Source: Macrostomum lignano (Eukaryota). Taken from it: a DNA stretch of 64,000 nucleotides. The notes beneath the pieces were generated by a model. That model was not told where the DNA came from. It saw only the letters and a list, made by a program, of their open reading frames with translations, and did no database searches. The stretch spans positions 434,001-498,000 of the forward strand of contig NIVC01000269.1 in the NCBI GenBank assembly GCA_002269645.1, written 5' to 3'. Both the position numbers and the translations under genes were made by a program. Positions 37,290-52,400 of this stretch are shown piece after piece; within the stretch, counting starts at the first letter, position 1; each line of letters starts with the position of its first letter.

Positions 37290-40200
37290 TCTTCTTCTTT
37301 CTTTACCGTAGCCATCATGGCCCTGGGCGCACCCATTCATGCACCATATGAGCTTCCGCCACCACTGCCTGTCCTTCGCTGCCCTTCTTAGCCTCTCAAT
37401 TGTCTATCCCGTTCATTCTTTCAGGTCATCTTCCCACTGCTTTTTCGGTCTTCCTCTTCTCCTCACCTTTCCATTCTCCTTGATTACAGACATTTGCCAT
37501 GTGGCAGCTCCCTTTCCTCGTTGTCTGATGTCTGTAGTACTGTACATGTATTTGAGCTTTCGCCTTTCTCCACTTGATGGTCTCCTCCACAGATTCCGGT
37601 TCCTTTCTCAATACCTCCCACATAACCAAAAACCTCGCCTCCACATCGGGGCGATACCGCCCGGCGATTCGTCTAAACATCGCCGAGCGATCGCCCTCAT
37701 CTCGCCGAAATATCGCGGCTGTCCGCAGGGGCGATATCGTCCCGTATCGCCCGGCGATATCGTTTGACGAGCAATTGGCGATGAATTGACGATACAGTTA
37801 TAATTCTTGTTTAAATGATAGCATTAAAAATGATTGAAAGAATCAACAGACACAGCTCAATACTGCAAATTTATTATTCCATCAGATAGCCTATAGCTTT
37901 CCTTTAAGTCGCTGGAGACGAAAACTCCACAAGTTCTTATAAATGCCTCCCGATTTTTGAATATATATTTTACTTCTAATGATGCTACTTACAGCAGCAT
38001 GTATGGTGAAAATTCAGCTATAAATATGCAGCAGGCAGGGAGAGAAAAATATAATATAGGAGAAAAATTAGACAAGTTAGACTTGAGCACTAAAGACTTT
38101 CATTTGACAAATATTGAAGACAAATGCTGGGCTGGTTGGCAATAAGAAAAAACATACATTTGACAAGTATGATGCATTCTTGTCAGACTCCTCGAATCTT
38201 TAAATGACTCAAAATTTGTAACTTAATAAATTTTTGCCCTTTACAAAACCTAAGCCAAGTCAAAATGACACCCATAACAATAAAATTTCTTGATAATACC
38301 AGGCTGGCATGAACCCGTCTCAATTTGGTCATGCTAATAGAATGACGGTCATGTCATTACATGACTTGAAGTCTAAGGTGAAAAACCCAGATGACAAAAA
38401 AAAACAAAATATTAAATATTTCCGACTTCTTTAACAAGCAATTTGACAGTAAATATTGGTTACTTCACAATGGAAAAATTAAATGTAACAAAGTAAAATT
38501 CCAGTTACTTTGACTTATCATGCTTGTGCAGAATATCACCCACATCAGAAGTATGCAGTTCAGTTAGTCACCAAATAAGTAATTCAAAGGAAGTCTAGAA
38601 CTTTAAATTATTTACCACTTTGACAGGATGGTACAGGAATGGGCCTCCCAGTCAGTCTCCGGAATTGAACCTTTGCTTCTGAGGACCTTCAGTCATTCAT
38701 TGCTCACTCAAGGCCATTGTCATGTTGGTAGGCTGATAATTCATGCTTCGGGAGCATACTTGATAAACTGGCCCCCAAAATTGAGATTGTAGAACAGCAG
38801 AAAGAAAGGATATAATTGCTTGCATAAATAAAGATGTGAACAAATTTTATTAAACCAGTAAAACTAGCATTTTTGGTCCAAATGATAAAATAACTAGGAT
38901 AGTTTCATTTTATATCAGTTCATAAATTTGTAGCTATAGTCTAAATAGAGGTCTTTTGGTATGGAGAGTTCAAATAATGCATCCATTTTTACTACAAAAA
39001 ATAACTAGGATAATCCTAATATCAATGCTAAGTACCATAGCTATAACCTGTATAGGGAACAGGGTGTTAGGGTAGGTAGAAGTGTAATATAATATAGTAT
39101 TAATATAGTATTAGGCCTAGCCTAATCTTTAAAAGAAGCCCACTTTTCTATTTAAGATAAATAGCTACTATAAAATATATTAAAAATTAAGATCTAGTCA
39201 ATTTGAAATGACTAGGCCTAGCCCTAGGGTAGCTAACCTAAACACCAAAAACCATGGCATAAGAAAATGGCTAAGTCAAAAATTATAGATATGGAAAAAT
39301 GACAATAAACTATAGCCACATATAGTATAGACTACTAGGCCTATATTGTAATTGATCTTTAATAGAGACTCACTGTTCTATCTAATTTCAAGATCAATGG
39401 CCATTATATTCTATAAAATAAGTTTCTAATTAGCATTTAACAATAAGTCAAAGTCTAAAAAATAAGTTAACCTTAATACTTGGACCATGGGGAATATGGC
39501 CTATGGGTTATGGTTGGAAAGGCCTATTGTTCTATTCAAGAAGATCAATATCACCATTAATAGCTAGGTATAAAAATTTCCACTTGTCAAAAATCCTCCA
39601 AAATCCTAAATTTTACATTAGTAGTTAGTATTGACATTTGACAAATCACAAAAGCAGTTTAAGATTTGGACATCAGCAAGTATTTTATACATCTGATCCT
39701 TAAGAAGTCCACAAAAGCTATCTTCTACTTGTAGAATATAGGCTGGAGCTAGTTTAGCTATTTAGAATTTTCCAAAACCTAATCAATGCTAGATCAGGTT
39801 GAAATTGAAATGAACAATGAAGGAAATTTAAGTTAGGCCCTAATCAACTACATTGGCAGTTGGCACTGATCTAAGTTCAGTAATAGTTATAATTTCTCTA
39901 AAAGAGCCAAAATGCATTTGAATTCTAGAAATGTAATTAAAAGTATGCGTCTACCAATATTTCGAGGTGCAAAATTGGCATCTGGATATGCAAAAGAAAT
40001 CTAAAAATGAAGTGCTAAAAACACAGTTTGACAAAATAAAACTCTGAGCACTGGACTACTGTTACTATCTACCACTATTTACCACAGTTTTTTGTTTAAC
40101 AAATAATCTTGAGCGTAAGACATGTATAACATATGTAAAAAGGGAACATGCGATCTGATGATCTGTCTTAATTCGATCAAGACCTCTGACTATAGTTGTG

Positions 40201-41220
40201 CAGCGTCATTTTTAAAAGAGCATACATTTAACGCGTATTTTATCAAATTAATAAATGAATTTTGCAGTCAGAAACACAAAGCAGGACAAGACGACAAAAG
40301 AACATATTTTTTATTTTTATATATCAAAACTGCAAATTTAACTTGATATACATCTTATTGGCATCAAAGTTTCAAGATGAACTTAAAAACAGCGCCAGCC
40401 AACCGCTAAAATATCGCGCCGCGATGCACGAACTTGTTTATATGTACGGTACGATAGACCAAGAAGATAATGCTAAAACAGAAGAGCATCACTCGCTTGC
40501 AACTCACCATTCACGAAGTGACCTTAAATTGCGAATTTATAAGTCGAGTAGGCTAAAATACATGTGAATTAAGCATGGATCGCATTCCCAACGTTGTTCT
40601 ATCGCTCGGCGATGGTGCAATTATCGCCAAGGCATCGAAACTCAAGGTTTTGGCGATTTCGCAAGAATGCGCGCAAGATGGGCCAATATAGGTTTGAACT
40701 TCGTTTTAGTGTCTTTTAGACATATATATAGGACTTTAGAGGCAATTTCCTATCGTATTGATTTATCGCCGATCGATATCGCTTAGATATTGCTTAGATA
40801 TCGCCAGGCGAGATATCGCCTAATATTGCCACGCGATGGGGACGCAAGCCTTTGGCGAGATTCTTGGTTACGTGGGCTCCCATTACTTTTCTTCAAGTCC
40901 AAACACTTGTCCTTTGCTCTTTCCATAAAATCCTTCGCATTCTTGTGTAAACATTTCATTTCAAATGCTTTGAGTATATCTCTATACTTTTCATCTCTCA
41001 AGAGTCCACAGCTTTCGCACCCATCGAGCAGTGTCGCGCCCATCGGACCGCGCCTTTAATTTGTGATCTTGAGCTCAGGCGACTCTTCAAACTGACTCCT
41101 TGAGCCGCCAAAGTTCATCAAGCCATTATATCATTGAGTTGGTTAATTGCGACGCCAATTTGGATTCTGATCTCTTCCTCCAATGTCGTCCAATGGTTGC
41201 TCATTTGCCAGATATTAAAC
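37290..41220 (-). mobile_element. 5'-truncated decayed RTE-clade LINE, split by the element at 37617-40876
   Basis: TLLDGCES..KAFEMKC (40783 ORF) resembles RTE LLYGCESW..AFEM.C. It continues across the insertion as EVLRK..EETIKWRK, then RRGRPKKQWEDDLKE and a (GAA)-type 3' tail at about 37290-37305. Confidence 0.75.
37617..40876. mobile_element. Non-autonomous EnSpm/CACTA (CMC)-type DNA transposon (3260 bp)
   Basis: 23-bp TIR cccacataaccaaaaacctcgcc / ggcgagattcttggttacgtggg (3 mismatches). 2-bp TSD CT on both sides. Dense ATCGCC/GGCGAT subterminal repeats. CCC..GGG termini with a 2-bp TSD are typical of animal EnSpm. No transposase ORF found. Confidence 0.75.
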
Positions 41221-42649
41221 CCCATAACGTTGCGGGAAAAAGCTTGGGGAGATAGAAGGAAATAAAACTGTCAAACGCATCTGATTGGCATGAAAGATTC
41301 CGAACAATACGTTGAAAGGATGAGGTTGGTACGCGCGGGGGGGGAGTTGGGGTGGCTGGGATAAGCAAAGGGGAGCTGAGGTTCAGGATATGCGTACAAC
41401 ATGTATAGCTATACATGCATGTACATGTACATGTATGAGGTGACTGTAAACTTGAAACAAATGCACATTTTCAAACATTAATCGTGTAATGTATACTTTT
41501 TCTTTGTTGCAGCTGAGGTATATGACTTTACATCACATGTACAACTTATAACCTGTTGAATAGTCAACAATTAAGGTTTCAATAGTTATGGTGCATGTGC
41601 ACTTGGAAGTTCGCATACAGCTAGTGTACACGTGCGCCTCATGAAAAATATGGGAATTGGGCCGGGATGCCGTGTGCCCCCTGCGCGAGCTCTCGCGACT
41701 CGCCCCACGCGTGTCGGGCTGCAATTATTAATTATCTGTGCAGGAAAATAATTATAAAAAAGCGAATTTCTCACTCGGATTTTGCCAATTTTTACACACT
41801 TTTCCCGAGTGGTAAAAGCATACTTATTATTTATTATGTCCGTTAATTTGGTCTTAATACGATGGTGCTGATAAAGCTAGCCATAAAACCAACATTTAGT
41901 TTTCAAACCATGCTATGCGTATGCAGTACTTGTTTATTTAATGAATATTCATTAAGGTTCACTTTACTTTTGTTGGCTTACGAGAACTCACTCGATCCTT
42001 CTTGATCACACCCTATTCACTAGCTGTATAATTAAATTTTTAATTCATTAATTATCACACGTCTTTTAATTCATTCCACTCTTCTAATTAGTCTAATTGA
42101 CTATGAGTACCCCCTTAGTTCTAATTACCTCTAATTACCTGTAATTAACTATATTTACTCTAATTAGCTATAATTAGCGATCATACCTCTAATTTTCCCT
42201 AATTAACTCTAATTAACTCTAATTCACTGACTAATTCACTCATTTACTCTCAATTCATCAGTTTAGTTCACTTTAATTAAAGCGACCTACATTGAGATGA
42301 CAACTTTTCCAGAATTTCTCGTATATAGCATGCAGTGCGGATTTCGGAGAACTGAAGCCATCCAGACTCCACTCCTCATCGTCTATAGCCAACAGTTATT
42401 TTTATCACAAGCCGGGGCACAGTTTTGCACTTTTATGAGCTACATGTATGCCAATTTCACCTCAGTAAGCTGATATACTCGTATTCTCACACAGGTTTGT
42501 GAACTAAGATGTTAATAATTAATATGATTGCTTCTACTGAAATTTGGATTGCAGCTGGCTAATTACACATATTTGCTGTACTACTACTACAAGAGAGTAA
42601 TTACATCTATGAGCTAGCGGTGGGAACCTTTAATAGGAGAGCAAATAAT

Positions 42650-42842
42650 GAAGAATGGATTGCTAATCTAGTCAACATCACAGATAAAAGAATAGAATGG
42701 ATTGCTAATCAAGCCAACATCACGGATGCAGGAATACAATGGATTGCTAATCTAACTGAACATCAAAGATAAATTGGACTAGAATGGATTGCTAATCTAG
42801 CGAACATCACCGATAATTTACAATAGAATGGATTGCCAATAT
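42650..42842. repeat. Degenerate tandem repeat of about 43 bp, about 4-5 copies
   Basis: Recurring gaatggattgctaatc..aacatcac. Confidence 0.7.
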
Positions 42843-43014
42843 AACAATTTCTAATCTGATAGGCTCACGAGAGCGTCGGCCAATCACGTGTGAAACTCAA
42901 AATCAATCGATCTCTATATATAATCCAGTTATCTTAACAAGTTATACAGAATTGCCTTGAGATATCAGTTGTATTTTTTGTTTTTTTCGTCAACCGAGCA
43001 TAATTCAAAAGTAC

Positions 43015-46544
<3,530 letters not shown>

Positions 46545-46664
46545 GGAATCTGAGGGAGTTAATTGAATGCGAGCTGCTGATAGTAAATTTTTTGTTGATT
46601 GAGAGACGATTGTGCATGGTTATCGTAAAGAGGGTACTTTACGGGCGTATATTCTAAGAGTCAG

Positions 46665-47700
46665 ATGTGGATGGAGGGATGGATGGAGGGAGAGAGGGAG
46701 AGATGAGGAAAGGAAGAGAGTGAGAGAGGAGAAAGGGAGAGATAGGGAGAGAGAGAGGGGGAGAGAGGGAGAGAGGGAGAGAGGCAGAGAGGGAGAGAGG
46801 GAGAGATCGAGTGAGAGAGGAAGAGATGATGAAAGGAGAGAGGAGAGAGGATATGACGAAAGGAAGAGAGTGACAGAGGAGAAAGGGAGAGATGGGGAGA
46901 GAGAGAGGGAGAGAGAGAGGGAGAGAGGGAGAGAGGAAGAGATGGGGAATGGGAGAGATTCAGAGATTCAGTGAGGGAGAGAGGAAGAGAGTGAGAGAGG
47001 GAGAGATTGAGAGAGGGGAAGAGGGAGAGAGTGAGAGAGTGAGAGAGGGAGAGAGGGAGAGAGGGAGAGAGGGTGAGAGGGGAGAGTGAGAGAGAGAGGG
47101 AGAGATTGAGAGAGAGGGAGAGAGTGAGAGAGGGAGAGAGGGAGAGAGTGAGAAAGGGAGAGATTGAGAGAGGGGAAGAGGGAGTGAGTGAGAGAGGGAG
47201 AGAGGGAGAGAGGGAGAGAGGGTGAGAGGGGAGAGTGAGAGAGAGAGGGAGAGATTGAGAGAGAGTGAGAGAGTGAGAGAGTGAGAGAGGGAGAGAGGGA
47301 GAGAGGGAGAGAGGGTGAGAGGGTGAGAGGGGAGAGTGAGAGAGAGAGGGTGAGAGGGGAGAGTGAGAGAGAGGGAGAGAGTGAGAGAGTGAGAGAGGGA
47401 GAGAGGGAAAGAGTGAGAGAGGGAGAGAGTGAGAGAGAGAGGGAGAGAGTGAGAGAGAGAGAGAGAGAGAGAGGGAAAGAGTGAGAGAGTGAGAGAGTGA
47501 GAGAGAGAGGGTGAGAGGGGAGAGTGAGAGAGAGGGAGAGAGTGAGAGAGTGAGAGAGGGAGAGAGGGAAAGAGTGAGAGAGGGAGAGAGTGAGAGAGAG
47601 AGTGAGAGAGAGAGAGGGAGAGAGTGAGAGAGAGGGAGAGAGTGAGAGAGGGAGAGAGGAAGAGAGGGAGATGGAGAGGACAGATCAGGATAGAGAGAAA
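46665..47700. repeat. GA-rich polypurine microsatellite of about 1 kb
   Basis: Almost only G and A on the + strand (gagagaggga/gagagt). Confidence 0.97.
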
Positions 47701-49479
47701 TAAACAAACATTTAGCTATACATGCAATTTTTTCTTGCTTATGTAAAATTTTCCGAAAAAGATGCTTTAAGAATCTAAGTAATTATTTCAGATTTTGATT
47801 TATCCCATATTAAAGCACGAATTTGCTTAGACGCTAATTAGTTTAATACGGAGTGGAAAGAATAAACGAACACAAAACAAAGCACAGGGTGCAGAGCAAT
47901 TCAGAGTATAAAAGTGCAACACGCAGATTTGCACTTTAAGCGTCGACTGATAATTCTAAATGACGCGAAAAAATCACTTAGAAATTGCAGCAGTCTTCTT
48001 TATTTCTGTACTAACTTGACCCGACTATAAAAAAGCAACAAAGGAAATTAAATTTTAAAGCCATATACATGTATATGAGCTTCGCCAAAAAACTGATTTA
48101 AAAGCTGCTTATTCTTCCAACAAATTTCCTGAAGTGGGTATTGTATTTTGTACCTTATTATATCCACACACATGTATGCTACCGTAAAAAATAGAATGTT
48201 CGGGCTTAGTACATTGTAGCTTACGTACATGTACTGTACATATCATGTACTGTAATGACATGCATGCATGTGGTACACTAGACTAGTCTAGTCTAGTAAT
48301 AGTTAGTTAGTCTAATAGTCCAATTGGGTACACTTTTACCTACAATAATATAATTACATGTATAAAGCTATGATAAAGTGTGCTTATATTTTGTTTTTAC
48401 TTACATCCAATGGTATATAATAGTATGTACATGTACATGTAGTCTGCACTGCTATTATTTCGATCCTCAGCTCCATCAAATTCACATGCGCAATGCCCAA
48501 ATTTCAAATGTATTCGTAAAAAATCGTATGCATCCAAATCTAGTTGCACCTGATAAAACTATGGGCGCGTGTCCAGATTGCAATTGTATATATGTAACAC
48601 TTTATGTATTGTACGTGTAACACGTACTATATAGATATGTTCGTGCACATATGTAGCTATAATATACACATCATTAAAGGAAAAATTAAAAATATAAAAT
48701 CTTATGACTGACACAATTCTTCGCGCTGATAGTCACATGTATATCATTTTAGGCATGTTACATGTACATGTATTTACGTACGTGTAGGTAAATGCTGGCT
48801 GTTACAAACACAGTACTGACAAAAGCTGAATGGGGTTTCAAATGAACTGTATATATATCGGCGCATCGATTCTGGTCTTAATTAAGTAGCGAAAATACTT
48901 AACCTGCAAATCTTACTAAAAATTATAGACTAATGTTTGACGATTATGATATAACGTACATGATGTAATTCAATACATAATAAAACATTATTAACATACA
49001 TGTGTGTTAAGTACGAACTTGGACGACTATCAGATATTAAGCAAAATTCTTTTGTTTTTGCCTCTGAAGAATACAAAGGGTGCTTCTCCAGATTATACAA
49101 TACTTTTTTGTATGTGTGTAGATTTCATTGGATCCAAACTAGGTTACGAGTTTATCCGAAAAAAAATATTTTTTGGTAACATAACAAAAAATCACATTCG
49201 TTGTAGATGTTGATTTGCATGCTATTACTGTAAGAAATGTAATTCAAAGCGAAATATTTTCGTAAAACAAGAACTATTACAATTTACCTATTAGAATAAA
49301 ATTTTACTATTTTTTTGAATACTTATTTTCCAAGAAAATTTCTTTAATCCCGTGGCTTTCTCACTTGAAATAGTCAAATAGACAGAAAGTAATTGAAGTT
49401 TGTTTAAAAATATATTTTTTTTGCAAGAACGATTTTTTCAGCGATTATTTATCTTTTTTAATATTTTAATAGAATTGGA

Positions 49480-52400
49480 ATGGCGTCGTCTCAAGCTAAG
49501 GACAGGCTGACCCCGTTAATGCGAAAGCTGCGTGATTTTATTTATCAGGTAAATAAGTTTTGAATGGCATCCATATCTTTTCACCTACGTTTACGTACCA
49601 ATTTTAAAAACAGCCTTCTTAAGCTTGAATTTTAGGTATAAATAAAATACTACTACATAAAATAACATTTTCGTAAAATTTCAACAGACACTAAGCCAAG
49701 GGGGTGTCCAAAATGATAAAAAGGCAAAAAAAACGGCTATCCTGCATTTTCGTTCGTTAAATTATTTTTTTCACGTGGAATTAATTTTACATGATCTCAC
49801 GAGTTCAGCAGAGGCAATAAAAATATTATGGGACATACAGAACACCCGAAAAGTTTAAGAAAGTTTGTTATAGTCAAGTCAGTTTAAACGTTAGTCTCCG
49901 GATTACAGTGGGTAGTAATGGGTCACCCAGTACAGAAAGTTGTCGAAATGATGCTCATTTGGGTAGAGCCGGTGCCACAGGAACTCCTGCAGGTGCGACT
50001 CGAAGAGCCCATCGCTGGTACCGTGCCCCTGACGCAGCTTGGCCTTGCAGTGCGCCCAGCTGCCCTCGATTGTGTTGGTGTGCACTGTCGGGTCCTGTGG
50101 GTCCACGAAATTGAGTCAATGGTTGACACTCGCATGGTTGAAGCCCATGGCAGCAAGGCCGTTGTATGACTGCCATCCATCAGTGATGACTCGGGAACCG
50201 GGCAGGATGTACTGCTGCAGAATAGGCAGCAGTGTTTTGGCACGTTAATTCTCAACTACTACCATCATGCATTTGTTACTGCCACGCTCTACCATTCCAA
50301 GCACCCAGTGGCCCTCACGATAGTTGCCGACATGGTACTTGCGGTGGAAGAATTTGCTCTGGTTAAGCGCTAGGTGGCTTCTCTCGAAAAAGGAGCCCTT
50401 CCTTATGGACTCCTGGCCGTGACACTCCTTGCAAGCCCAAGCCCAGCCATCCACATACCGGTCACCCTGACAACGCTGAAGGCGCATTTGAGGTGCAGCA
50501 GGGCAATGGCACCGACGCTCGTTTGACAGCAGCCAGTATTTGGCCAGCCAGCGCATTAGAGACAGTGTGTCAGTGGTCAAAAGAGCCAAGTCCCGCATCC
50601 TTATGAGCGGCAGGTCGCATAGTTCCGCAGTAGGTCTTATCTCAGCTGGTGGGATGATGGTAGTGGGAGCAGCTGGACGACCCGCCATGTAGATGTGCAG
50701 TGTGGCTGAAAAAAATGAAAAAATAATTTAACAAACAAAAATGCAGGATAGCCAAAAAAACTATAACCTTTAGTGGTAATGCCATGCAAGGCTGCGAGCT
50801 AGATTTGTTAATCCCCTACGGCCTATGGAAGTAGTGACCCCCCCTCCACCCCCTCCTAAGTCTGAGAATTTTTAAATTCAAATCATGTGGCAATTGGGTG
50901 GCCACAGTTTAGATCGTGTAGAAGTGTACACTGGAACAAGAATCCTATCTCAGCTAAATGTATGCCAGTGTATGCCAAAAACAAAAAAATTCCCTAAAAT
51001 GTACACCAAAAAAATCCTCCTAAAAAAGGTCATTCAGTTTTCACAAGTAGAGTTTTCTAAGAAAGGCTTTCATACAAAAATTCTTTCAAATATTACAAAT
51101 ATTTTCAATTTTCATTTTAAACAAAAAATTAAAACCTTCAGAAAAAAGAATGCAAAATTTATATTCTTAGCAATAATTTACACAAGTTTTATTCATTGTT
51201 AATTTTTAAAAAGCTAAAAGTTTATCACTGACTTTCTAGACTATACAAATTTTCCTTCATTTTACATAAAAACTAAAAAGGGTTAATTTACATTACAATT
51301 TTTTTATACATGGCATGAATTTATTCACCAAAATTGGTATGCCAAAAATTTCTTGAGCTCAAAGTGGTATGGTATGCCAAAGTGGTACGCCAAAATAGCC
51401 AAACTTTTCAATGGTATGCCGGAAAAATTCCAGCTTACATATAACCTTCCTGAGTGTGGGTGGGTGGCTCTCATACTCAGGATAGACTTGAATAGTAATA
51501 GACTACTTTGGTAAAAGCCACTTCAATAACAGCCTCTTTGGTAACAAGCAAGAATAACAGTATGTATTAATATTGATAAGGAACTGATCAAAAGGGCAAC
51601 AGTTAAAAGGGTGACAATTAAAAGTGTGACAGTCAAAAAGGCAACAGTCATAACAGCTCCAAGTCCACATCCATAGTCTTGTAGATGTCCTTTTTTGATG
51701 AAAATTATTGCGCAGATAGCCCTATGAATACTATGAATCGTATGCATGGTGTGGAGCCATTTTTACAGACATGTAGCTACACACTTAGTACGCGTAGCAA
51801 ATTGTGTGCTACTACTGCGCAGTATTGGCATGCCATGTATAGTCTGCAGCAGTGCTCATAAATCATAAATTACAACCAAATAGAAAATCAAATAAACAGA
51901 ATTAACACTCTTATTAACATAGGTGTATTGTCTGTTTTGTAATAAAAGAAGTATTTTTATCTATGTTTAAAATCTGTTTTATATATATTTACAATATAGT
52001 AGGTAAAATTTTCTTTGTTTTTTTATTTTTTATTTTTTGAAAAAGTCTGTAATGGAGTTCCATAAATGCAAGGCAAAAAGTTAGATCTCAGAGCTGGTTT
52101 TTTTGTTCATATAATGACATCAATGGTATTGGAAAGTACACTCATTTTAGTATGTTAGTCTTGCAGAAGAAAGTGATAGATGTAATTTTGTCTTTTTAGA
52201 AAATGAACTAAAAGAATCTACATGATATAGTGCAGATGTAGTGTAGAATAGCAAAAGGTCCTTTATTGTTGCAATTGCAATAAATGTCCTTTATTGTTGC
52301 AACGCCTTATGGGCCCAATGTGTAGAGCATAGCTGCTGGCCGCATACCATGGGCAACTGCCGTGGCAGCTAAAAAATGTTTCCACATGCCCAGTGTGTCT

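Noticed and set aside
38650-38725. tRNA or tRNA-derived SINE (minus-strand GGTTCAATTCC B-box with a weak A-box)
   Set aside because: I could not fold a cloverleaf and saw no tail or TSD; a single 11-mer is insufficient.
41795-41825. tRNA A-box-like cccgagtggtaaaagc
   Set aside because: No downstream B-box or acceptor stem.
46661-47707. 348-aa Ser/Leu ORF
   Set aside because: It is the translation of the GA microsatellite.
50785-51450. Possible MITE with GGTATGCC subterminal repeats in NDUFA7 intron 1
   Set aside because: The termini match only loosely and no TSD could be fixed.
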